A stretch of DNA of 64,000 nt from an uncultured Acidobacteriota bacterium (GTDB taxonomy: Bacteria > Acidobacteriota > Vicinamibacteria > Vicinamibacterales > CAVVIG01), in contig CAVREM010000010.1 in assembly GCA_963720005.1 (NCBI GenBank), positions 3,471 through 67,470 of the forward strand, in the 5' to 3' direction. Below are positions 55,604 to 64,000 of the stretch, piece after piece; the stretch's first letter is position 1, and the number at the start of each line of letters is the position of its first letter. Made by a program: the position numbers and the translations under genes. The notes beneath the pieces were generated by a model, which was not told the origin of the DNA, ran no database searches, and worked only from the letters and a program-made list of their open reading frames with translations.

Positions 55604-57551
55604 TTACACGCCGAAAAGTTCGGGATCCCATGTCAGACCCAGCTCGCTGGGCGGCGCCATGTAGCCGACGAGCGCCGAGGCCGCGACCACCGCAGGGCTC
55701 GCCAGATACCCTTCGCCGCCGACGCCCATCCGGTTCTGCCAGTTCCGGTTGAACGATGTGATGGCGCGCTGTCCAGGCTGCAAGCGCGTCTGGACCCTGG
55801 CCGAAGCAGGGGCCGCACCACGACTCGCGAATCTGGCCGCCGACCGAGCGGAACACCTCCGCAATCGATTCACCGTCCAGGCGCGGATCGGATCGCTCGA
55901 TCTGCCGCCCGACGCCGCCGGAGCCCGGGAAGACGACGAGCTCGCGCGCCGCCCGCACGACGCCGCGCCGGCGCGCCGCCCGAATCACGAGCGCGGCGGC
56001 CAGCAGGTCGTCGTAGCTGCCGTTCGTGCACGAGCCGATCATCGCCTTGTCGAATGGAATGCGTTCGCGGGCCACGTCCTCGGCCTCGAACGCGTTGCCG
56101 GGGCTGAACGGCTTGGCGACCATCGGTTGCACGGCGTCCAGCTCGAGGGTCTCGTCGATCTCGAACGACCGCGTCGGCTCCCGGCCCGAACGGTGGATAA
56201 GGCAGCTCGCTGATTCCCTTCGCTCGGTACCAGGCGTACGTCACATCGTCCGGAGCGAAGATGCCGTTCAGCGCTTCGGCCTCCGCCATCATATTCGCGA
56301 TCGTGTTGCGATAGGCGATCGGCAACTGCCGGTTGGCGTCGACGAGCTCGACCGACATGCCCTGCGACTGCTTCGTACCCCAGCGCCGCAGCAGCTCGAG
56401 CACGATGTCCTTGCCGCTCACCCACGGCTGCAGGTGGCCCGTGAACAGACGCGGCGCGCCTTCGGCAGCGTGAAGTAAACGTACCCCGTCGCCCAGCCGA
56501 ATCCGAGCGTCGTGGAACCAACGCCCATCCCGACGGCGCCGTAGGCGCCGTAGGCGCGGCTGTGCGAATCGGCGCCCGGGATGAACTGCCCCGGCATGAT
56601 CAAGCCCTGCTCGGGGAAATAGAAGTGAAAGATGCCGTCGCCCGGCGTCGCGTAATAGGGCTTCTCGAGCCCGTTCGCGCGCGCGAACGCGCGGCCGATC
56701 GCTGTCTGCTTCTCGTCGTCGTCCCGGCCGGTGAAGACGAAGTGATCGTTGGCGATCGCCGCCTGCCGCGGGTAGATCGCATCGCCGCCGGTAATCTGGT
56801 TGAACGTGTGAATCGCAAACGGCGCTGTGCCATCGGATGCCGGCAGGAGGTCGGCGTAGACGCGCAGCGTCGTCCCGGGCCGGAGCTCGGCATCCTTGTC
56901 GACGCGATGGGCCCAGACGATCTGCTCGGTGGACGTCATCCGCCGCGCGCGATCGGGCTCCGGCCATTCGATCCGCGGAGCGGTTTCGACGGACGAACGG
57001 AATTCGCGCCGGCCGATCGCGAAGATGCCGCCCGACCGCCGAATGTCCTCCTCCTTGGGCGTCAGCGGCACCGGTTCGTACGCCTTGCCCTGCGTCTCGT
57101 TCGTGAGCCTCCGCGTCGACGGGTCGAACGACATCTCGTCGCCGTCGCGGGCATCGGCCACCGCCTCCGGGCTCTGCACCACCTCGAGGCCCAGGTTGAG
57201 CGCGTTCCGGCGAAAGATGTCGCCCATGTTGTTCCCGCAGACGACCACCATCTGCAGCCCGGCTTCTTCGGCGACGCCCTTCAGGCCGGCGGGGCTCATT
57301 TCGCGCGACGAGCCGATGGCAAATCGATCTCCCGCGACCAGGAACGTCTCGCCGCGATGGACGCGCGCGCGGAAGTCGGGCATCAGGTAGCGGAACGATC
57401 CGGCTTTCCAGCGCTCGTCGAGCGTCTCGAGGGTCTCCGAAACGCAGTCGGCGGCCGGGGTGATCTGGTCGGTATCGATCGCGTCCAGCTTCTTGCGCTT
57501 GCCGGGCACCTTCAGGTCCCAGAAGATCAGCGCCTTCCCGCGGATGACGCC
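55604..57551 (-). pseudogene. aconitase/isopropylmalate-isomerase-family Fe-S dehydratase with the swivel (LeuD-like) domain N-terminal to the catalytic (LeuC-like) domain; three frameshifts (near 56462, 56180 and 55786); start codon unresolved
   Basis: GVIRGKALIFWDLKVPGKRKKLDAIDTDQITPA...FLVAGDRFAIGSSRE...VVCGNNMGDIFRRNA (swivel domain); then DKDAELRPG...PGADSHSRAYGAYGAVGMGVGST; then APRLFTGHLQPWVSGKDIVL...; then MIGSCTNGSYDDL...SWCGPCFGQG (cluster Cys residues); then LQPGQRAITSFNRNWQNRMG...ASPAVVAASAL. There is no ATG, GTG or TTG in frame upstream of the conserved GVIRGK. Confidence 0.7.
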
Positions 57552-57731
57552 CGACTGGCCGCGCGCCTCCGGCTGCGCGTCCGCTGTTCGCGCCTGGACC
57601 TCGAGGTTGCCCCCGGCTTCAGGCGTGCTGGCCGCATCGTGTGCATCACTCTCTATGGTAAGCCGCCCCGTTCACACTTCTGCCTGGCCCGATCTCGTCC
57701 GGAAACGCTGGTATCATGGAAGTCGGAGTCC

Positions 57732-58167
57732 ATGCCCGAGTTCAAAGACGAAGCGCCGCAGCAAGGCTCGTACTCGGAAGCGGTCACGAACAACGTCCGC
57801 GTCGAGGTCGAATCGGAGCACGTGCCCCAGCGGGTCACCGCCAACGTCCTCCCGCTCAACGGCCAGTGGCTCTTCCACTACACCGTCCGCATCACGAACG
57901 AAGGCGACGAAACCGTCCAGCTGATCAGCCGTCATTGGATCATCACGCACGGCAACGGCCGCACCGAGGAAGTGCAGGGGCCGGGCGTGGTCGGCGAGCA
58001 GCCGGTGCTCGCACCCGGCGAGTCGTTTCAATACACGTCGCGGTGCCTGCTGTCGACGCCCAAGGGCTCGATGCGCGGCACGTACCAGATGGTGGCCGAG
58101 GACGGTACCTATTTCGACGTCGAGATCGCGCCCTTCACGCTTCGACGAGGTCTACACCGTTCACTAA
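57732..58167 (+). pseudogene. apaG: ApaG (DUF525) protein, with a 1-nt insertion near 58143 just before the stop
   Basis: SEAVTNNVRVEVESEHVPQR...WLFHYTVRITNEGDETVQLISRHWIITHGNGRTEEVQGPGVVGEQPVLAPGESFQYTSRCLLSTPKGSMRGTYQMV..DGTYFDVEIAPFTL. The repaired tail is DEVYTVH-TAA (58165-58167). As given, the ORF runs on for 75 more codons. Confidence 0.82.
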
Positions 58168-58172
58168 TCTTA

Positions 58173-58193
58173 CCGAGGGGCTTCGCCCCTCGG
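58173..58193 (+). terminator. perfect 9-bp hairpin just after the repaired apaG stop
   Basis: CCGAGGGGC-ttc-GCCCCTCGG. There is no U-tract. Confidence 0.4.
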
Positions 58194-58365
58194 ACTCCCC
58201 GACACGCTCCTCGCGCGCCGCTGCGTCGGCGCGCTCTCGTCGCTGGCTCGCTCGCTCGCTCGCGGTGCAGGTCAGCTGGTTTTCGCGATGGCCTCGAGAG
58301 AGGCCGGCCGCACCACCTCCGCGCGCATCACTGCGGATTTCCAGCGTATTTTCCAACTGAGCTAT

Positions 58366-58380
58366 TGGCATATCAGTTGC
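58366..58380 (+). promoter_or_regulatory. sigma-54 (-24/-12) promoter for the downstream secreted-protein gene
   Basis: TGGCATatcagTTGC, versus the consensus TGGCACG-N4-TTGCW. GG and GC are in the exact register. The -12 GC lies 58 nt upstream of the ATG at 58438, and GGAGG lies 6 nt before that ATG. Confidence 0.6.
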
Positions 58381-58395
58381 CCCCGATAGCGTAGT

Positions 58396-58414
58396 GCGGA
58401 CGTTTCAGGTCCGC
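58396..58414. repeat. REP-like hairpin GCGGAC-(7 nt)-GTCCGC in the predicted 5' UTR
   Basis: It has the same stem family as 28299-28316 and 46105-46121. It lies between the sigma-54 promoter and the start codon. Confidence 0.7.
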
Positions 58415-58437
58415 CTGGGGAGCCTCGGAGGCGACAC

Positions 58438-59352
58438 ATGTCTCGGCCGGTCTGGAAAGTCGTCTGGACGCTCTCGTTCGTGATCTGCGCAGTGCTGCGC
58501 GGCGCTGCACAAGGCCGCGGCGCGCCGACCTGCGATCCGCGCGCGCTCGACGCCGACAGCTACGCGCTGACGACGCGGGGAGTCGCGGAGGTGGTGCTGG
58601 AAGAGCGAACCAGCTGGTGGGACGGCTTCATCATCGGCAAACACGCCGAGGCCTTGGGCGATCTGAATTTCTCCGCGACGAGCGTCGCCGAGCACGCGCT
58701 CCGGCTCGACGACCGCAACCTGCTCGCGCACGGCATTCTCGCGCGGCAGTACGTGATCCTCGGCGAAGACGCCGAGCTCGCGGACCAGGCCTGGCGGACG
58801 GTGCTCGACCACGGCGGCGCAGTCGCCTGGACCGCGACGTTGTACAACGTCGACGCCAAGAGCTATTTCGTCCTGGCGTTCGACCGGGCGGCGCTGCGAA
58901 TCTACCGGTACGGCGAGCTCGCCGGGCCTTTCGAGAAGACGATGGGGATGCCCAGGTTCGTGGGCGCCGATCGCGAGCGCTTCTGGCGCGCGCTGGGCGG
59001 CTGCATCGATGCAGACGCCAGGCCGGAAGCGGTGATTCCATGGAGTGATGTTCGCGAGATCAAGGGCGGCAACTGGGTGATCTGGTTCAAGCTGAATCGA
59101 GGGATCACGATCGCGTCAGATAACGGCAAGCGGAAGAATGTCGACGAGATCAAGGTCAATCTCCACGGGGCGACCGGCACCGTCGACGTGTACGTCACAC
59201 GCGACTCCCGCGATCCTGCAAACGCGAGCATCCGGCCGGTGGGCATGGGACCGTTCGACTACAACCAGCGCGTCCGCTACACGATCGCCAAGCACGTCGA
59301 CCCCGACGGACACATCAAGCTGCCGAAGGCGTCACGCTCGGCAGGCTGGTAG
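58438..59352 (+). CDS. secreted hypothetical protein (304 aa)
   Basis: An intact ORF with signal-like MSRPVWKVVWTLSFVICAVLRGAAQG and coding-like composition throughout. I do not recognise any motif. Confidence 0.6.
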   Translation: MSRPVWKVVWTLSFVICAVLRGAAQGRGAPTCDPRALDADSYALTTRGVAEVVLEERTSWWDGFIIGKHAEALGDLNFSATSVAEHALRLDDRNLLAHGILARQYVILGEDAELADQAWRTVLDHGGAVAWTATLYNVDAKSYFVLAFDRAALRIYRYGELAGPFEKTMGMPRFVGADRERFWRALGGCIDADARPEAVIPWSDVREIKGGNWVIWFKLNRGITIASDNGKRKNVDEIKVNLHGATGTVDVYVTRDSRDPANASIRPVGMGPFDYNQRVRYTIAKHVDPDGHIKLPKASRSAGW

Positions 59353-59362
59353 GCGCGAGCGA

Positions 59363-61206
59363 TCAATCAGGCTTGCGGAACGTCCGGATCGCGTCGAGGA
59401 AGGCATCGCCGAAATCGGCGGCCTTTCTCGCGCCGACTCCATAGATGCCATGGAGATCGTCGAGCGTCCGCGGCCGGCGATCGGCCATCTCCTGCAGCGT
59501 CCGGTCGTGGAAGATGACGTAAGGCGGAACGCCCCGTTCCCGCGCCAGCCGCAGCCGTACGCCTCGCAGGACGTTGAACAGTTCGGGATCGAGCCCGAGC
59601 GGTTGCGCCGTTCGAGCGCGGGCCTTGCCTTTCAGCTTTGGCGGCACGATCTCGCGATACAAGGTGCACGCGCCGCCGCCCTTCATCAGCGACACGCCCG
59701 CAGCCGTGAGGCGAAGGACCGGGTACGGCTCTCCTTCGCGCGCGAGCATCCCGTCGGCGACGAGCTGTTCGATGAACCCGCGCACCGCCGCCGGCGATTC
59801 GCGGGCAAGGAGTCCGAACGTGGACAGCTGATCGTGATGTTGCGCCGAGATCTTGTCGCTGGCGCGTCCGACCAGCACGTCGGTCGACATGGGCAAGACC
59901 CCAGCCCTGCTTCAACCGCGCGACGCACGACAGGATCTTCCTGGCGACGGTTGTCGAATCCGGAACCTGATCGAGTTCCTTCAGGCACCAGTCGCACGCG
60001 CCGCAGCTCTGCGCTTCGAACGGCTGGCCGAAATACTCGACCAGCGATCGGTGGCGGCAGCGCGTGCTGCAGGCGTAGCGCTCCATGTCGCGGAGCAGCG
60101 CCCGAACCGTCTCGGTCAATTCGCCGCTGGCGTCGAGCAGCTGCCGCCAGCGGAGGAAATCGCCGTTCGAATAGATCAGCACGCATTCCGCGGGAAGGCC
60201 GTCGCGGCCGGCGCGGCCGGATTCCTGCTGGTAGTGCTCCGGGGACCGCGGCGCGCCCGCATGGATCACGAAGCGGACGTTCGAGCGATCGATACCCATC
60301 CCGAACGCAACGGTCGCCACCACGATGTCGACCTGCTCGTTCAGGAAGGCTTCCTGGTGCCGGGCACGGACGTCGTCCGGCAGGCCAGCATGATAGGGAA
60401 CCGCTCGCAGTCCCTCGCCGGACAGCCAGTCCGCCGTCTCCTCCACCTCGCGGCGCGACAGGCAGTAGATGATGCCCGCCTCGTCCTCGTGCCGGGACAG
60501 GACGCGAAGAATCTGGCGGCGCTGATCGGCACGGCGCAGCACCCGGAACGTCAGGTTCGGACGATCGAACGCGCCGACCAGCACGAGCGGATCGCGAAGC
60601 CGCAGCTCCGCGACGATGTCTCCGCGGACGCGCTCGGTGGCGGTGGCGGTGAAGGCGTGCATCGCGACGCCGGGGAATTCGTCGCGCAGGCAGCCCGAGC
60701 TGGCGGTAGTCAGGCCGGAAGTCGTGACCCCACTGACTGATGCAGTGCGCTTCGTCGATCGCGATGAACCGGACACCGCATTCCCGCAGGATGCGGCGCA
60801 GCCGATCACCGCCCTCGCCGACGAGCCGCTCGGGCGACACATACAGCAGCCGGCATGCGTCCGCGCGGATGCCGGCCATCACCGTGTCGCGCTCGGCCGG
60901 CGTCAGCGTGCTGTTCAAGTACGCCGCGGCAACGCCATCGACTCGAAGGCCATCCACCTGGTCCTTCATCAGCGAGATGAGCGGCGACACGACCAGCGCG
61001 ACGCCGCGGCGCCTCGACGCCGCCTGGTTGCTCGACCACCGCCGGCGCCTGGAAGCACAGCGACTTCCCTCCGCCGGTCGGAAGCACGACGACGCTGTCG
61101 CGGCCTTCGAGGACGGCCTGCATCGCCTCGCGCTGGAGTGGACGGAAATCCGAGAAGCCCCAGACGCGGTGCAACGCCTCCCTGAGGAGCGCGTCGGCTC
61201 CGCCAA
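59363..61206 (-). pseudogene. recQ: ATP-dependent DNA helicase RecQ, with four frameshifts (near 61192, 61006, 60690 and 59898)
   Basis: (TTG 61206) [56 protein letters not shown]; [19 protein letters not shown]...[21 protein letters not shown]; FTATAT...[11 protein letters not shown]...YHAGL...[21 protein letters not shown]...ESGRAGRDG...zinc-finger CRH..L..YFG...CG.CD.C; HRDC domain LFNVLRGVRLRLARERGVPPYVIFHDRTLQEMA. Confidence 0.88.
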
Positions 61207-61207
61207 T

Positions 61208-61330
61208 CTGGTAATCGGGTAATCGCGTAATTGGTTGATCGATTTCTCGGATTGAGTGATGGCGTGTCAGGCACGAGTGGCGTGACTCAATCGATTACCA
61301 GATTACCCAATTACCCGATTACCCGATTCG
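61208..61330. repeat. ~120-bp element bounded by inverted arrays of the octamer GGTAATCG, between ispG and recQ
   Basis: The left arm is TGGTAATC GGGTAATC GCGTAATT GGTTGATC G (61209-61241). The right arm read on the minus strand is GGGTAATC GGGTAATT GGGTAATC TGGTAATC GATTG (61330-61290). The arms match at about 29 of 36 positions. The ispG stop codon TAA lies inside the first right-arm unit. Confidence 0.8.
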
Positions 61331-62552
61331 CTGAGGGTATTTCGAAGCGATGTACGCATCGACAAGTCGCTGGAATTCTGCCGCGAGCTCCTCGTAGGTG
61401 CCGCGCAGCGTCGTGACGTGCTCGCCGTCGATGTAGATCGGACAGTTGGGCGCCTCGCCGGTGCCGGGCAGGCTGATGCCGATGTTCGCGGCCTTCGATT
61501 CGCCCGGACCGTTGACCACGCAGCCCATCACCGCGAGCGTCATCGTCTCGACGCCCTCGTAGCGGGTCTTCCACTCGGGCATCCGCTCGCGGACGTAGCC
61601 CTGAATGCGCTCGGCCAGCTCCTGGAACGTCGAGCTGGTCGTGCGGCCGCAGCCCGGGCACGCCGTGACGCTCGGCGAGAACGAGCGCAGGCCCAGCGCC
61701 TGCAGCAGCTCGCACGCCGCGTAGACCTCTTCGCGCCGATCGCCGCCGGGCCGCGGCGTGAGCGAGACGCGGATCGTGTCGCCGATGCCCTCGTCGAGCA
61801 GGACGCCCATCGCCGACGCCGACCACACCAGCCCCTTGACGCCCATGCCGGCTTCGGTCAGCCCGAGATGCAGCGGCTGATCGGTCGCGCGCGCAAGCGC
61901 GCGGTAGACGGCGATCAGATCGCGCGGCCGCGACGTCTTGCACGAGATGATGATCTGGTCCTTCCGCAGGCCGCTGTCGATCGCCAGCGCCGTCGACTCG
62001 ACCGCCGAGAGGACCATGCAGTCGTTGATGATCTCCTCGGACGTCTTGCCGAGATTGCGGTCGGTGTTCTCCTGCATCTTCGCGACGACGAGCTCCTGGT
62101 TGAGCGAGCCGCCGTTGACGCCGATCCGGACCGGCTTGCCGCGATCGACCGCCACCTTGCAGATCGTCGCGAACTGCTCGTCGCGGCGCCGGCCGGTGCC
62201 GACGTTGCCGGGATTGATGCGGTACTTGTCGAGCGCCTCGGCGCACGCCGGGAAACTTGGTCAGCAGCAGGTGGCCGTTGTAGTGGAAGTCGCCGATGAG
62301 CGGCGCGGTGCAGCCGGCGTCGAGCATGCGCTGCTTGATCTCGGGCACCGCGGCCGCCGCCTCGGGGACGTTGACGGTGACGCGCACCATCTCCGATCCG
62401 GCTTCCGCGAGCTCGATGCACTGCGCCGCCGTCGCGCGCGCGTCGGCCGTATCGGTCATCGTCATCGACTGGACGACGACCGGCGCGCCGCCGCCGACCT
62501 GGACGCGGCCGACCTTCACGCCGACGGTCTTGTGGAGCTTGATCAGTGACAC
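61319..62552 (-). pseudogene. ispG: HMBPP synthase IspG (GcpE), with one frameshift near 62250
   Basis: (GTG 62552) [31 protein letters not shown]...[11 protein letters not shown]...[18 protein letters not shown]; then [17 protein letters not shown]...[10 protein letters not shown]...HLGLTEAG...ACPGCGRT...[10 protein letters not shown]. Confidence 0.9.
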
Positions 62553-62636
62553 CGGTTCAGCTGCGCGATCGCGTTGCAGTGCTCTGCGATGCGGCCGCAT
62601 CGAGAACGCGAATTTCTCATGATAGCATCGTGCCTC

Positions 62637-63626
62637 ATGCGCGCCATTGTCGTTCGCGAGTTCGGCGGCCCCGACGTCATGCGGGTCGAAGAGCGTCCGA
62701 CGCCGAAGCCGGGGCCGGGCGAAGTGCTGGTGCGCGTCCACGCGGCCGGCGTCAACCCGGTGGACGCGTACATCCGCAGCGGCACCTACGCGCGCAAGCC
62801 GACGCTGCCCTACGTGCCCGGCTCCGACGGCGCCGGCGAGGTCGAGAGCGGTCGGCGCCGACGTCACCGGCTTCAAGCACGGCGATCGCGTCTACATCGC
62901 GGGCGACAACGTGACGCGCTCGGCGCCGGGCACGTATGCCGAGTACGCGATCTGCGCGCCGACGCAGCTGCATCGGCTGCCGCCGACGCGTCACGTTCGG
63001 CCAGGGCGCGGCGCTCGGCGTGCCCGTACGCGACGGCGTACCGCGCGCTGTTCTACCGCGCCAACGCGCGGCCGGGCGAGACCGTGCTCGTGCACGGCGC
63101 GACCGGCGGCGTCGGCATCGCGGCCGTGCAGATCGGCAAGATGCACGGCATGCGCGTCCTCGCCACCGGCGGCACCGAGCGCGGCCTCGAGCGTCGTGCG
63201 CGAGCACGGCGCCGACGCGGTCTTCAATCATCGCGAAGACGGACTACCTCGCAGGCGATGTCAGGCCGCGACCGGCGGGCAAGGCGTCGACATCGTCCTG
63301 GAGATGGCCGCGCACATCAACCTCGACAAGGATCTCGGCGCTGCTCGCGCGCAACGGCCGCGTCGTCGTCATCGGCAACCGCGGCCGCGTCGAGATCGAT
63401 CCGCGGCAGGCGATGGCGCGCGACGCCGCGATCCTCGGGATGACGCTGTTCAACGTGACGCCCCGCCGAGCTCGACGGCGATCCACGCGGCCATCGGCGC
63501 CGGGCTGGCCTGCGGCGCGCTGCAGCCCGGTCGTCGGCCGCGAGATGCCGCTCGAGCGAAGCGCCGCGCGCGCACGAGGCCGTGCTCGAGCCGGGCGCGC
63601 TCGGCAAGATCGTGCTCGTGGTTTAA
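62637..63626 (+). pseudogene. zeta-crystallin/NADPH:quinone oxidoreductase-family medium-chain reductase, with about ten frameshifts
   Basis: [51 protein letters not shown]...[13 protein letters not shown] / [17 protein letters not shown]... / VTFGQGAALGVP / YATAYRALF..ANARPGETVLVHGATGGVGIAAVQI / VVREHGADAVFNH / GGQGVDIVLEM / LLARNGRVVVIG... / EAVLEPGALGKIVLVV-TAA. The segments hop between all three frames. Confidence 0.75.
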
Positions 63627-63685
63627 ACGATATGCGGCGGCCTTTCAGGACCGTCGGCCCTCAGGTCGACGAAAAGGAGAACGCA

Positions 63686-64000
63686 ATGAAAATGCGGTCG
63701 TTGATCCTTGCCGCCGTGGCGATCGTGGCGCTGGCCACGTCCGCGGCGGCGCAGAACGTGACGAAATACGTGCGCTATCAGGCCGGCAACACGACGTCGT
63801 ACGGCATCCTCGAGGGCGACACGATCCGCGAGCTCCAGGGATCGATCTTCGAGAACGCGAAGCCGACCGGCCGGACGCGCAAGCTGGCCGAGGTGAAGCT
63901 GCTCGCGCCGGTCGATCCGAAGAAGGTGATCGCCGCCGGCCTCAACTACAAGAGCCACATCGGCGAGCAGCCCGCGGCAAAGTACGTCGGCCTCTTCGCG
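63686..64000 (+). CDS. fumarylacetoacetate hydrolase (FAH)-family protein with an N-terminal signal peptide; 5' part only (runs off the window end)
   Basis: AAGGAG lies 6 nt upstream of the ATG at 63686. MKMRSLILAAVAIVALATSAAAQ, then YGILEGDTIRELQGSIF...LLAPVDPKKVIAAGLNYKSHI (FAH-family N-terminal pattern). This ORF is not in the supplied ORF track because it has no stop inside the window. Confidence 0.65.
   Translation, partial: MKMRSLILAAVAIVALATSAAAQNVTKYVRYQAGNTTSYGILEGDTIRELQGSIFENAKPTGRTRKLAEVKLLAPVDPKKVIAAGLNYKSHIGEQPAAKYVGLFA

Noticed and set aside
58194-58365. The apaG downstream region, containing a (CTCG)4-5 microsatellite (58246-58265) and strings that translate to GFAPRTPRH...SLARSR. 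I considered it as a small gene, an sRNA or a MITE.
   Set aside because: There is no convincing ORF; the 78-aa minus-strand ORF looks non-coding. I recognise no conserved RNA motif. I could not find terminal inverted repeats or a second copy in the window. It is left unannotated.
58352-58372. The minus strand contains TAGCTCAGTTGG, the classic tRNA D-arm string, which suggests a tRNA or tRNA fragment (possible integration site).
   Set aside because: There is no closing D-stem (GAGC), anticodon arm, T-arm (GGTTCGA-like) or acceptor complement nearby. The same bases on the plus strand form the TGGCAT...TTGC sigma-54 promoter, which explains them better.

Overview
This is a very GC-rich (about two-thirds G+C by eye) bacterial chromosomal segment. 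Its gene content looks like Acidobacteriota: an ADOP-type permease remnant, a VWFA-related acidobacterial-type secreted protein, and CarboxypepD_reg outer-membrane proteins. That taxon call is inference. I can support about 57 protein genes.

Housekeeping genes: purL/purQ/purS/purB and purD, rlmN, mtaB, rpsU, glgC-eno-gpmA, acs, ino1, hyi-glxR, ispG, recQ, apaG.

Accessory blocks:
(a) A UbiA-type polyprenyl-phosphate phosphoribosyltransferase, an unknown Arg-run protein and four GT4 glycosyltransferases arranged as nested paralog pairs (9961-16866).
(b) A secreted protein, a CarboxypepD_reg beta-barrel, a PDZ/GAF/PAS histidine kinase and a sigma-54 activator (16888-24578).
(c) A secretin, an ExeA-like ATPase and a GspB/TPR protein, with no other pilus or T2SS genes nearby (38283-41904).
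(d) A small Omp85, a LolA-like protein and an aconitase-family enzyme (53330-57551).
(e) A near-consensus sigma-54 promoter in front of an orphan secreted protein (58366-59352).

I saw no rRNA, tRNA, CRISPR array, transposase or integrase.

Two window-wide features stand out. First, about 60 single-base indels break about 28 conserved genes, in clumps separated by long clean stretches. This is most simply explained by unpolished assembly patches, but that needs reads to confirm. Genes broken this way are typed pseudogene below, meaning 'disrupted as assembled'. Second, the intergenic DNA is full of short GC-rich hairpins (GCGGACC-N4-GGTCCGC type) and 7-8 nt tandem arrays.

Blocks (a), (b), (c) and (e) are my best candidates for an undescribed system. 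None can be proven from sequence alone. All indel coordinates are approximate hand estimates.
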